A stretch of 63,808 nucleotides of DNA, the filler included, from Octopus bimaculoides (lineage: Eukaryota), in the NCBI RefSeq assembly GCF_001194135.2. It is 4 parts of 3 records of this genome, joined end to end, with 100 filler letters (N's around TTAATTAATTAA, not from the genome) between each part and the next. Parts side by side here need not be neighbours in the genome. Positions count along the whole stretch, not along the records: positions 20,718 to 27,401 come from NC_068991.1; positions 27,502 to 47,156 come from NC_068990.1; 2 more parts are not named here. One strand, given 5' to 3'. The notes under the pieces were generated by a model, which saw only the letters and a list, made by a program, of their open reading frames with translations, did no database searches and was not told where the DNA came from. Within the stretch, counting starts at the first letter, position 1. Each line of letters opens with the position of its first letter. Positions 26,737 through 38,896 of this stretch are shown here, one piece after another. The translations under genes were made by a program, and so were the position numbers.

Positions 26737-27516
26737 ATGCTTTTCTTATATAAATAATACATGAGAAAATTTGTTGCACAACTTAGACACTAGTATTTTT
26801 TATTTTAGTATATTACAAGCTATCTGTATATATGTAGAACAAGTGGAAAAAAAAATCGCACCCCTCCCCTCAAAAAGAAAGAAAAATGTATACAGTGTCA
26901 AGAAACATAAAAAAAAACTTTAAATGAAGAAATTTAATTTTGATTATTTAATGCTTTTCTTAGGCCTACAGTCGCCTATATTATTGATTCTGTTATTATC
27001 ATTTTTTTAAATAGTCATAATCTTAATATATAAAGCTGAAGCTGTGTGTCTGTGTGAAGCCTTTTTGAAAGTTTATAGAAATCCACATTTTCCACTTTTT
27101 CGTAAAAATTTTTACATCAATGGAATTTTCTCGATCTGAACTTTCCAGTGCAGTAATTAGATCTTTAAAATTCCTTTTACTTTGTGTGATTTAAGGGAGA
27201 TTTGGCTGTTGTTTCTAGCAACTTTTATATTCCTTCCCTTCTCCCTGTACCGGCGTTGTTATAGAGAGTAAGAGTAAAAGAGGGAGAGGGAGAGAGAGAG
27301 AGAGAGAAAGTGATACATACAAAGTTATAGATTAACTTGGTTACATTTTACACTCTTACTTCTTCTTCCTCTCTCTCATTTAATACCTTTCCTCTACGTC
27401 TNNNNNNNNNNNNNNNNNNNNNNNNNNNNNNNNNNNNNNNNNNNNTTAATTAATTAANNNNNNNNNNNNNNNNNNNNNNNNNNNNNNNNNNNNNNNNNNN
27501 NATTTATCATACAATT

Positions 27517-27915
27517 AGGCGGTGAGCTGGCAGAATCGTTAGCACGCCGAACCAAATGCTTAGCGGCATTTCGTCCGTTCTTACGTTTTGAGTCAATAAA
27601 ATAAGCACCAGTCGAACACTCGGATCGATGTAATCATCTAATCCCCTCCCACAAAATTTTAGGTCTTCTGCCTTTAGAAAGGATTATTTATCATACAGTA
27701 AAGCAGTGAGCTGGCAGAATCGGTAGCACGCAGGGCAAAATGCTTAGCGGCATTTTGTCCGCCTTTATGTTCTGAGTTCAAATTCCGCCGAGGTCGACTT
27801 TGCCTTTCGTCTTTCGGGCTCGATAAATTAAGTACCAGTGAAACACTGGCGTCGATGTAATCGACTTGTCCCCTCCCCACAAATTTCTGGCCTTGTGTCT
27901 TAAGCAGAAAGGATT
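27517..27915 (+). mobile_element. Two head-to-tail tRNA-derived SINEs (family B)
   Basis: Two copies start ggcggtgagctggcagaatcg / gcagtgagctggcagaatcg. The first has an internal deletion. Both end in agaaaggattattttatcata. Confidence 0.85.
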
Positions 27916-27979
27916 ATTTATCATATAGTAATTACTACAATGAATTTGGTTCATAGAGGGGCAGCGGTGACATAGTGGG

Positions 27980-28150
27980 CAGGGCCGTCTTAGAAGCAGC
28001 GTAACTTCTCGGGCAAATCAATGCATTTGGCCCTTTGTTATTCATTTATTGATTACAAGCCATAGCATACATAAATCAGAATTGGGTCTCAAGACCCGTG
28101 AGGCACCCGGGGCGACTGCCCAATGTGTCAATGCTTTAAGACGGTACCCT
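27980..28150. mobile_element. hAT-type MITE, about 170 bp
   Basis: Ends CAGGGCCGTCTTA... and ...TTAAGACGGTACCCT are imperfect TIRs of the CAGGGCCG type, with the subterminal cccggggcgactgccc motif. Confidence 0.5.
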
Positions 28151-28264
28151 TAATATCCTTTCTGATAGAGTCATGCTTTTCAAATGAAGGTACTTTATGA
28201 CAGCACGAGACTCAGTTTTCTCCATTTTCCTTGTAAGCTCGAAGCTTGTTTATTCAAAAATCTA

Positions 28265-28298
<34 letters not shown>

Positions 28299-28893
28299 AA
28301 ATATCAGAATCATGAAAATGAGCAAGAATACTCTGAAAAGACTGTACTTATCAGAAAAATTGTTTCAACTATATAGCAGCCCCGATTCTAGGTTAGGCTC
28401 AAAACTTTTCAGACACCCATCGTGATGTGTAATCCAAAGGTGTTCAGCAGTAATGTTGTCGTCGTCGTTGTAATTCCTGATGCTGCTGTTTAGCCGCACG
28501 TCAGGTCTCATGGTGAGTGGTCAAATGTCCTTTCTGCTATAGGCACAAAGCATGAAATTTGAAAAGTAAGGTCGACCTCGATGGAATTCGAACCTAGAAC
28601 ATAAAGACGGACGAAATGCCCAACGTGCTACCGATTCTGCCTTCTCGCGTAGTCTAATATCAAAAGCATTGCAACCATAGCCATCCTCACTTTCCTTTTT
28701 GAGCAAGGAACCGGGACCACATTATCCAATGTGTTCGTTTCTAAGAAGGACAAATGCGATATGAAGATTTGTTGCAATTTCTAGCAGGTCAATTGGGGGA
28801 GTTACCTCCCTTTAACGGGATGTCGCATTAAACGCATCTATTCTATCTACTTCATATAAATGCATTTAAACATAGTCACACGCGCGCAGATGT

Positions 28894-28924
<31 letters not shown>

Positions 28925-28966
28925 CACACACATATATGTATGTATATTTGTTTGTACTTATGTATG

Positions 28967-29008
<42 letters not shown>

Positions 29009-30918
29009 TATCCTTGATTCAGTCATTAGACTGCGGCCATACTGGGGCACCATCTTTGAAGCACTTTTAGTTGAATCAATCGACCCCAAGACTTATTTTT
29101 TAATCCTGGTATTTATTCTATACGTACCTTTTGCCAAACTGGGAACGTAAACACACCAATACCGGTTGTCAAGCGGTGGTGGGGGACAAACAGACGCACG
29201 TACACACACACGCATGTGCGTTAAAATTCTTTCAGTTCTGAATGGCGAACCATTCAGAAAGTTCCACGAGCCGCAGTTTCCCCGGAGGGTTAAGATAATC
29301 AGAGTTGTTTCCCTTCAAGTATACTTTATTTTATTTTATCACTAGTTACTTCAGTGGGGTCAAAGATTTTAACTTCTCACGAAATAAATGGAAAATACTT
29401 ATAGCAGTTTCTGTGAAGTTTTAGGGTTCAAAGAATGACCCTTAAGGCTCTTCCATGGTGTAATTTATGTTTTTTAGATACATGATTTCAGATAAAAGTT
29501 TTAGTTGAACAATTACATCTTACAAATCTTTTTTTTAAGATCAGGTTACTCACTATCCTGAAGTTGTGTCCCTTTGACCGCTACTATTACAAATTGTATA
29601 AATCGTAAGTCTTATTTGTGTGGTAAATGTTACTATTCAATGAGTGAAAGCATCTTAAATAACTGACCTTTATCGCTGTAGACTATTTTTTTCCCCTCAA
29701 ATATGTTCAGAAAAATAATAAACTTTCATAACAGAGAAATGGTATATATTCGATTGTACGATTATAATATGTATGTTAGTTCAAACAACAGCACAAATTT
29801 TGTCATGAAGAAGAAATCTAACGATAATATACCTGGATGTATAGCTTCAAACTGTGATAGCGTCTAATTATATTAACTGAATAAAATTTAAGAGAAAGGC
29901 AGAGGCTGTTACTAAGAGAAAAATAATCTGTGTGGCTTGTGATTAATTTATTCCAGAAAAATGTTTGAAAAATATTACAGAGGTTTAAAGTTTGATCATT
30001 TTTACTCAATCAGAAAACAGGATTTGTGCGTAATAGTTTTGATAAAATGAATGTAAACATTAGAAGACGAAGTTTTAAACAAAATGAAAGCGTGGGAGAT
30101 AGTACATATGAACAGAAAGAGTTTGATAAGGAGTGTGGTAAATAATAGGGTGAGATTGATTCATGGTGACAGATTCATGGTAGAAGAGTTGTCGATCGAA
30201 AAGTTGAGTAGCTTCTCATAACAACTTAATATATTTCTGTTATTATTTACGGACGATATTGTCATTAGGATACAGATTTCGAAAATCAAATTCATTTTTC
30301 TCGAGGGTGCACCGTTTCCGAGTCTTTTTGGGCTAAACACATAATGACATACACACACATACACACATACACACACATACACACACATTTCTATAGCAAA
30401 TATGCATCTATGTATAGTAATTATAGTTTTTCATATTATTAACAATTGACGTCTTAGCTAAAACGGCGAGAAGTGGTCATCAGACTAAGAGAACCGTATA
30501 GATTTTAAATTCTTAAAATCCATATGAATCTCCATTGGGGTAAAATAACAGACCGCATTTCGAAATTAGTGGCCATATTTTACAATATACGTTAGCCCCA
30601 AACCGCGTAACCTGAGGTAGAGGTAACACAGAAGATGCCTATATGCATTCATACATACATACGTACTCACACACGCGCGCACGGAACACGATATACATTA
30701 AAGGTACACATACCAACCATTTTTGTAAAGTTGATCAACCTGACGATAAGCACATGTGACCTCAAAAGAAGTTTCCAAATGTAACAGCATCAACAAAAAT
30801 TACGGCAGGAATCGTGAAAGCACTCACAGTAAGTGGCAAATAATGAAGAAAATATGGAAACAATTGAAGATAAAATGTATTAAAATAGAGCAAAGTGATG
30901 TTTTGAATCAAATATATA

Positions 30919-31295
30919 GGCGCAGGAGTGGCTGTGTGGTAAGTAGCTTGCTTACTAACCACATGGTTCCGGGTTCAGTTCCACTGCGTGGCACTTTGGG
31001 CAAGTGTCTTCTACTATAGCCTCGGGCCGACCAAAGCCTTGTGAGTGGATTTGGTTGACAGAAACTGAAAGAAGCCCATCATATATATGTATATGTATAT
31101 ATATATGTGTGTGTGTTTGTGTGTCTGTGTTTGCCCCCCCCCCCCAACATCGCTTGACAACCGATGCTGGTGTGTTACATCCCCGTAACTTAGCGGTTCG
31201 GCAAAAGAGACCGATAGAATAAGTACTAGGCTTAGAAAGAATAAGTCCTGGGGTTGATTTGCTCGCAGTCAAATGACTGAAACAAGTAAAAAAGA
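30919..31295 (+). mobile_element. tRNA-derived SINE (family A), near full length
   Basis: Pol III A-box-like TGGCTGTGTGG and B-box-like GGTTCAGTTCC. The body matches the other family-A copies. Confidence 0.88.
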
Positions 31296-31889
31296 GAATG
31301 AGAAAGAGTTATACCCCATTTAGGATTACCCTATCTAGCGCTGTTCCGCCACAGCACGCTTTTCTGTTTGAGACAATATTTTCTGTGAAATTGTATTATA
31401 TTGCTGTAATAACTTGCGGGATTCGTAGAAATTGTAATTTTCTTTCTCTATTTTTGTGCATAAATTTGGCTGTGTAGTTTAGAAGTTCGGTTTGTAACCA
31501 TGCGTATATGTGTTCTGTGTCTTTGTGTTTGTCCGCACCACTGCATGATAACCGGTGTTGGTTTGCTCACGTCTCTGTAACTGAGTGGTTCGGCAAAAAA
31601 GAGCGATAAATAATTACCTACTTTAAAATAAGACTTAACTCACCAAAGCAGTGCTCTGGCATGATCTCGTCCAAAGACTGAAACAAATAAAAGATAAAAG
31701 AATCTTCATGACATTGTTTCATTGTGTCAAAAGGTTTTATGACAATGAGCTAGATAACTGTTACACTAATAATGGTTAGATGACGGAAAATGAATAACAG
31801 AAAAATTGTTCATTTTGGTGTTGTATCTTAGAAACACGAAACCATCTCTAACGTTGACCTCTTGTTTGAACGTTTCTCAAACTGAGGAA

Positions 31890-32240
31890 AACACGTTTTT
31901 CCTTCATGTTTTCTCGTCTTACATGATTCCTTTCTCGAAGTTCTTCCTAGCATTTTGCTCGCTGTTCTTCATTCATGTTATTTCGTCGCTCTTCTCTCTG
32001 TCTCTCAGATATTTTTTTATCACAATCACCTCGCTGTTCACCGACCGTGTTCTCTCTTCTTATCAGTTGATTTTTTTCTTTGATATCGTTGGCATCCTAC
32101 ACGTTTGTCCTCAGTTGTCTTCTCTCCTTATCCGTTGATTTCGTTTTAAACTTTCTCTTATTTCCGATTTTTGTTCTTTCATTTTTTGCCTGTATCGTCT
32201 CATTTCCTTTTCTTGTTACTCCAAGCCTTTGATTTCGTTC
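31890..32240 (-). mobile_element. Degraded STPR-like 23-aa repeat coding remnant, probably a Helitron Rep/helicase N-terminus
   Basis: The minus frame reads ...ERQREERRN-NMNEEQRAKC*EELRERNHVRRE-NMKE, a 23-aa period, with further RREN/RRED-like units upstream. Stops and frameshifts are present. Confidence 0.45.
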
Positions 32241-32801
32241 CACAGGTATGTTCGTTTAAATGTGAAGTGGAAATAAAATTTGTGGTGCAAAAGTTTTGCA
32301 CTATAAATGTAAAAGGATTATAAAAGATAATTCTTTCTAATCTTAGAACAAGGACACCAATTTTGAAGGAGGAGGGAAGTTGATTATAGCGACTCCTGTC
32401 CACAAAAGGTACTTATCCTATCAGCCCCGAAAGCAAAGTTGACCTCGGCGAATTTTAAGTTCAGAAAGTAAAGAGCTGGAAGAAATCGCCACTAAGTATT
32501 TTGACCGGCGCGGTAACAATTCTGCCAGTTCGCTACTTTTAGGTTGTAAAAGATTAAAGGAAAACAAGAAACTGGAATTGTTGATATACAGTATGCTGCG
32601 CCAAGATAAAAAAGAAGGATAGAAAACAAATGTGTTATGAATAACATATTCGTCTAAATAGAGAAGTTGTTTCCAATGACGAAATACAACAGCGATTGGC
32701 ATACTCAAGTTCGAATCTGCCAGAACGTATTAGGAATGAAAAGAGAAAGTGCTTTCCTTGAAAATGAAATTATGAAGAAACACAAGGAAATAAAGACTTA
32801 C

Positions 32802-32892
32802 GTATACTCACAATCCTGTATACTCACAATCCTGTATACTCACAATCCTGTATACTCACAATCCTGTATACTCACAATCCTGTATACTCACA
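32802..32892. repeat. Perfect 16-bp tandem repeat (GTATACTCACAATCCT), 5.7 copies
   Basis: Units start at 32802, 32818, 32834, 32850, 32866 and 32882 (partial). Confidence 0.95.
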
Positions 32893-34145
32893 CAAACTCT
32901 CAGAGTTCACTGAAATGTTTGAATCAACCATAGATGGAAAACAGTATGCATTAGCAATTGCTGAACGTTCATTTACGTTATCGCAGAAGAGTATCACACT
33001 CTATTTGACATTGTAAGTATGGAGGCAATTGAGAGCTGTCGAACATCATGACATATGTTAAGGTCAAGTAAAGGTTAAGTCTTTAAACCTGGCCACAGGA
33101 TGTATGCTGGTAGAAACCCATTCAACATTCAGTCCTTCTTATTTTTGTAACCCTTCCGTTATCCAGTCATCCTCCGCCGGACCGGAAGTTATATAATGAT
33201 ACATTAAGCTATAGGAACTGAGTACTAACTCAGAACAACAACTTCAGCATTATCTCATTTGATGGAATATAAGAAGCACTTTTATTTCTACAAAAAAAAA
33301 AAAAGAACGGTGGTAACGAAAAAAATATGTCTCAAAAATATCGCTCCAGGTCCTATATGCAAAGGTGGGCCTCCCATAAGATATAATGCACTAAAAACTC
33401 ATGTTTTCAATATGCCCTGCTGAAATTGGGTTGAATCATCAAATATGCCCGTGCGTCTTTTATATTATCAAAGTACGTTAATTTCATAAGAGGGAGCAAA
33501 AAAATGGGTTTCTCTTTATGATGCAGGATTATTGTAGCCAGTGATCTTAATATTTATGATGCATTGAAAGGCGGCGATCTGGCAGAGTCATTAACGCGAC
33601 GGGCAAAATGCTCAGCGGCATTTCGTCCGTCTTTACATTCTGAGTTCAAATTCCACCAACGCCGACTTTGCCTTTCGTCCTTTCGGGGTCGGTAAAATAA
33701 GTACCAGTTGAGTACTAAGGTCGATGTAATTGACTACCCCGAAATTGCTTGTGCCTTGTGCCAACATTTAAAACCAATATTTATGATGAATTTCTCATCC
33801 TTCAGTGGATGTGCTGCACACACCACACACACTCAGAAAACCCCTTACCCATCGCTACTGAAATGGGCCTCATATCATTTCGCGTCGAAGTAAATAATTC
33901 CAGCATTTTATTTACATGTAAGAATATGTATAATGTTGGTTGTAGTCGTTTTGGTTGTCGTGAAAATAGGGTTAGAGAAGGGCAAGGGTTGTTCAACGTA
34001 AATTTTTGCACAAGCTTGAAATATGATGTTGCTTCCAGTCTAAAGTTTTAACATTCGAGATTTTAAAAACAAAATATGACACATTATCTTTACACATGAG
34101 ATGCATATAAAAGGGCTAACGACTCCACCCACCCGGGGTATTGAC

Positions 34146-34551
34146 GATAGCGACGACTACAACAAAAACAGCAACAACAACAACGACATCGTTGACGACG
34201 ACAACAGCAATAACAAAAGCAATAACACGACGACGACGATGATGGAGGCGGCGACGGCGACGACGACGACGACGATGTTGACAATGGCAACTACATCCAC
34301 AACAGCAACAGTTACTATGACGGAAAACCACCAGCACCAGCACCAGCAGCAGCAGCACCACCACCATCACCACCACCAAAACCACCACCACCATCACCAC
34401 CAGCACCAGCACCAGCACCAGCACCAGCACCACCACCACCACCACCATCACCACAACAACAAGAACAATAATACACCTCTTTCTCCCAACTCTTCCCAAC
34501 ATCTTATCTCACCACCACCACCTCCTCCTCCTCCTCCTTTACCTCTTCTTC
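34146..34551. repeat. Compound trinucleotide low-complexity tract (GAC/AAC/CAC/CAG/CCT)
   Basis: Successive triplet arrays that run into an N gap. A similar tract lies at 22055-22540. Confidence 0.85.
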
Positions 34552-35398
34552 NNNNNNNNNNNNNNNNNNNNNNNNNNNNNNNNNNNNNNNNNNNNNNNNN
34601 NNNNNNNNNNNNNNNNNNNNNNNNNNNNNNNNNNNNNNNNNNNNNNNNNNNNNNNNNNNNNNNNNNNNNNNNNNNNNNNNNNNNNNNNNNNNNNNNNNNN
34701 NNNNNNNNNNNNNNNNNNNNNNNNNNNNNNNNNNNNNNNNNNNNNNNNNNNNNNNNNNNNNNNNNNNNNNNNNNNNNNNNNNNNNNNNNNNNNNNNNNNN
34801 NNNNNNNNNNNNNNNNNNNNNNNNNNNNNNNNNNNNNNNNNNNNNNNNNNNNNNNNNNNNNNNNNNNNNNNNNNNNNNNNNNNNNNNNNNNNNNNNNNNN
34901 NNNNNNNNNNNNNNNNNNNNNNNNNNNNNNNNNNNNNNNNNNNNNNNNNNNNNNNNNNNNNNNNNNNNNNNNNNNNNNNNNNNNNNNNNNNNNNNNNNNN
35001 NNNNNNNNNNNNNNNNNNNNNNNNNNNNNNNNNNNNNNNNNNNNNNNNNNNNNNNNNNNNNNNNNNNNNNNNNNNNNNNNNNNNNNNNNNNNNNNNNNNN
35101 NNNNNNNNNNNNNNNNNNNNNNNNNNNNNNNNNNNNNNNNNNNNNNNNNNNNNNNNNNNNNNNNNNNNNNNNNNNNNNNNNNNNNNNNNNNNNNNNNNNN
35201 NNNNNNNNNNNNNNNNNNNNNNNNNNNNNNNNNNNNNNNNNNNNNNNNNNNNNNNNNNNNNNNNNNNNNNNNNNNNNNNNNNNNNNNNNNNNNNNNNNNN
35301 NNNNNNNNNNNNNNNNNNNNNNNNNNNNNNNNNNNNNNNNNNNNNNNNNNNNNNNNNNNNNNNNNNNNNNNNNNNNNNNNNNNNNNNNNNNNNNNNNN

Positions 35399-35442
<44 letters not shown>

Positions 35443-35949
35443 AGAGAGAGAGAGAGAGACGGTGGGGCACAGTTAACAAATTTCAGTTAAAAATAAACGT
35501 GTGAAAACTACCAGTCGACAGTATGTCAGAAAATATGTAAGTTGTTATGGTGACGCCCAAACTGATGATCTTTCATTTTGGTCCCTTTCCCTCACGCAAC
35601 ACACCGACTTTCTTACCAGCTGATTGGAAGACGAAGCCACGAGAAGCCAGAAGAAGCAGCACAAACTCTCCATCAAATCACATTCTTTCAGATAGGTTAA
35701 AAAAAGATAAGGACATATTAGATCAGGTGTTTCGCAAGTGGTCACTATAAAAGCCCCAGGGTTCGATCAAGTCCTGTAAGGGTTCCTGCTCAGAGTTTTA
35801 ATGGTAAATGTAATAAGTGTCAACACGTTTTACTGAAACAACTCGTCCAACAATAAGTATTTTGTTTCGACGCTGATGTGTTCTCGGGCGAAAGTAAACG
35901 CTTTTTCTTGGACTCAACCTTTAATAAAACAAGCACACAGGAATTTTAG

Positions 35950-36280
35950 TCGAATGAATTAATCGACCCCAGTACTTTCTTCTAAAGCCTGGTACTTATA
36001 TTCTATCAGTCTCTTTTGCCGAACCGCTAACTTACGGAGATTACACACACCAACATCTGTTGTCGAATGCTAGAGGGAGATACAGACACAGAGACACAAA
36101 GACATACATACATAATTTACGCGACGGGCTTCTTTCAGTTTCCGTCTACCAAATCCACTCGCAAGGCTTTGGTCCGGCCGAGGCTATAGTAGAAGACGCT
36201 TGTCCAAAGTGCCACGCAATGAAACTGAACCTGGAAACCATGTGGTTGGGAAGCGAACTTCTTACCGCATTGTCACGCCT
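35950..36280 (-). mobile_element. tRNA-derived SINE (family A)
   Basis: Reverse complement of the family-A body (cgacgggcttctttcagtttccgtctaccaaatccactc...). Confidence 0.85.
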
Positions 36281-36706
36281 CAACTTTCAGCCAGCCCTTA
36301 TCTCCTCCCTCTTTCAACCTCACTTCTCTTACTCATACTCCTTTCTGTTGTCTCTCTCCCTTCCAAATTATGTGTTTCCGAATTACTTCTTAGTAGAAAC
36401 TTATGTTTCATACTACTAATATCCCCGAGTGATAAGTTTCGGACCTGTTCTGGGGTCGAACGATTTTTTCACCGCATCAAACTATGTATCTTTTCTTTAG
36501 TGACTTTGTCATTATTAAAGTTGGATTCACCAAATATTTTAATTAAATGTCCAAGAAGCGTGACCCAAGCTTAGCTGATATTTACTCAAGTGTAACAAAT
36601 ATTAAATAAATAAAGATCCAGGTACAAACAAAATGATATACAAACCCTTATACACGCACAAGGGACACACACATTAAACACATAGACACACGTACACATG
36701 CGCGCG

Positions 36707-36834
<128 letters not shown>

Positions 36835-37099
36835 TAAACGCATGTACAGATAGAGATACATACCACAGAAGGACAAAATGGAATAAGCAGGACAAGAGGC
36901 GATACATGGGACAGAGAGTCACTGCTGAGGTCACAGGATGTGCAACGAAAGAACTTTGACAGATGTGTGAACTAAAAATGATACGAATAAAAACTAAAAT
37001 GAAAATCAAATAAATAGTCTGTGTGTGTTTAATTGGCAAAAAAAAAAAATGATCAACCCCCAAGTATAACTTGAAATTAACATTGCATCATTATGAAAT

Positions 37100-37325
37100 A
37101 TTTCTAGGTTTTAATATTCTTAATGTTTCTTCTTCATCAAAACTTTTACTTGTCTCTGAATCGGCCATAAATTGCATTACCTTGTCCTCTTGTTTATTAA
37201 TGTCGTACATTGTCGAAGGGACTATATTAATTTCATGGACAGAAGCGCTCCGCTTTTCATCAAATTTGAAACTCTGAATTATCTCAGTTTTCCTACGTAA
37301 CGTGAGCGTCGCATGCTTTTTTATG
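37100..37325 (-). mobile_element. Tigger/pogo (CENP-B/Jerky-like) transposase N-terminal HTH remnant
   Basis: The minus frame reads KKHATLTLRRKTEIIQSFKFDEKRSASVHEINIVPSTMYDINKQEDKVMQFMADSETSKSF, which fits the psq-type HTH pattern K.H.TLT...K.EII......E.RS......NI..ST.YDI.KQ.DK. Confidence 0.6.
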
Positions 37326-37583
37326 CACCTTCCGAAAATTAGTTTCTCTTATTAAGAATGGAATATATTTCCATCAAGGAATGGATGATACAAGAGGTGA
37401 TACAAAAATATTTTGGTGCTGGACATTGATTTTCTTAACTTGAATGCAAACAGGGATGGAATAAGGTCGTGACCAATGACAGTGCTTTCGAAAATAATTC
37501 TGTCTATTTCTTCCGGCTTCTCTCTCTCCTTCTCTCTCTCCTTCTCTCTCTCCTTTTCTCTCTCTCTCCTTTTCTCTCTCTCC

Positions 37584-37674
<91 letters not shown>

Positions 37675-37706
37675 CACACACACACAAACACACATACACA
37701 TATATA

Positions 37707-38896
37707 CATGGGTTGGACAAAATAATGGAAACATCTACCATCATAGCATCATAATTTTGAAATATCTATAAAACCGTCAAAAGCTTCTTTATTTTTATGT
37801 TTTTCGGTTTATTATTAGTGTTACTTAATATGTTTTGCTAAAATTGCTGTTTCTTTTCAGATATCATGAGTAAAAGGTAATTAAAATTCATTAAAATGAC
37901 AGATCTATCGGACTTTCAAAGAGGTCAAATTGTTAGTGCTCGTACCGCAGGCGTTAGCGTAAAGAAAACAGCCGGAATGTATGGTGTATCAAGACGTACT
38001 GTCTCGAAAGTAATGAGATCCTTTGAGAAAGAGGAAAAAATCCTCCTCATCGAAACAAAATTCTAGAAGAAAACCAAAACTTTCAGATAGGGACCGTTGG
38101 ACTCATACGCATATTGTTAGAAAGGATCACAAAAGTGCAGCTCCCAAAATTACTGCAGAGCTTAATGACCACCTCGAGAATCCAGTTTCCAGAAAAACTG
38201 TTCGCCGGGAGCTGCACAAAGCCGGATTTCACGGGAGGGCTGCAATCAGAAAATCACTACTTTCAAAAACAAATGTTGCAAAGCATTTAGAGTGGAGTAA
38301 AAATCTACAGAATTGGTCCCTAGAGCAGTGGAAGAATGTTATTTTCTTGGACGAGTCATCTTTTACCTTATTTCCGACCACCGGTCGAGTATACGTGTGG
38401 AGACAGCCAAAAGGAGCNNNNNNNNNNGGGTATCTTGGAAATCCGCCGGCCCATTGGTTTCCCTTCATGGCAGACTATTTAAGCATTTTATCTGATCAAA
38501 TTCATCCTATAGTTGAGGAACTGTTTCCGGAGGGAAACGCAATCTTTCAGGATGTTAATGTACCAATTCACACAGCTAAAGTTGTTACTGAATGGCACGA
38601 GGAACATTATAGTGAAGTCGAACATCTTATCTGGCCACCACAGTCCCCGGATCTCAATATTATTGAACATTTATGGTGCATTTTAGAAAAACAAGTAAGG
38701 AGTCGATATCCTCCACCACCAGAGACTGTTTTAGCTGAAGAATGGATAAAAATTCTTTTGGAAACAATTAAAACTTTGTACGAGTCCATACCTCGTAGAA
38801 TTCAAGCTGTAATTACTACCAAAGGCGGTCCTACCCCATATCAAAATAAATTTGTTTGAGATTTTAAGGTGTTTCCATTATTTTGTTCAACCCCTG
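37707..38896 (+). mobile_element. Tc1/mariner transposon with DD36E spacing (Incomer-like), defective
   Basis: TIRs of about 30 bp (CATGGGTTGGACAAAATAATGGAAACATCT versus the reverse complement CAGGGGTTGAACAAAATAATGGAAACACCT) flanked by TA. The transposase starts at ATG 37896 ([13 protein letters not shown]...) and frameshifts near 38040. It carries the motifs DESSF, FQD[V]N..IHTA and WPPQSPDLNIIEHLW. A second lesion lies near 38470. Confidence 0.92.

Noticed and set aside
30919-31000. tRNA-like A/B-box sequences (also 27703, 50438, 52000-52074)
   Set aside because: They continue into repeated SINE bodies and lack a convincing cloverleaf, so they are SINE heads rather than tRNA genes.
31806-32138. 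Hydrophobic 110-aa plus-strand ORF as a missing GPCR transmembrane exon
   Set aside because: The hydrophobicity comes from T/C-rich composition, there are no class A motifs, and the minus strand gives a better explanation.
32802-32892. CRISPR-like regular repeats
   Set aside because: The units are contiguous with no unique spacers, there are no cas genes, and the context is eukaryotic.
32946-33012. YALAIAERSF as a possible GPCR TM3 (D/E)RY segment before a gtaagt donor
   Set aside because: It lacks the Tyr and the hydrophobic TM3 context, and the acceptor is poor.
34101-34551. ORF with poly-Asn, Thr, His, Gln and Pro resembling a transcription-factor low-complexity region
   Set aside because: It is explained by compound triplet microsatellites, and there are no splice signals or domain. 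The same applies to 22055-22540 and 52555-52996.
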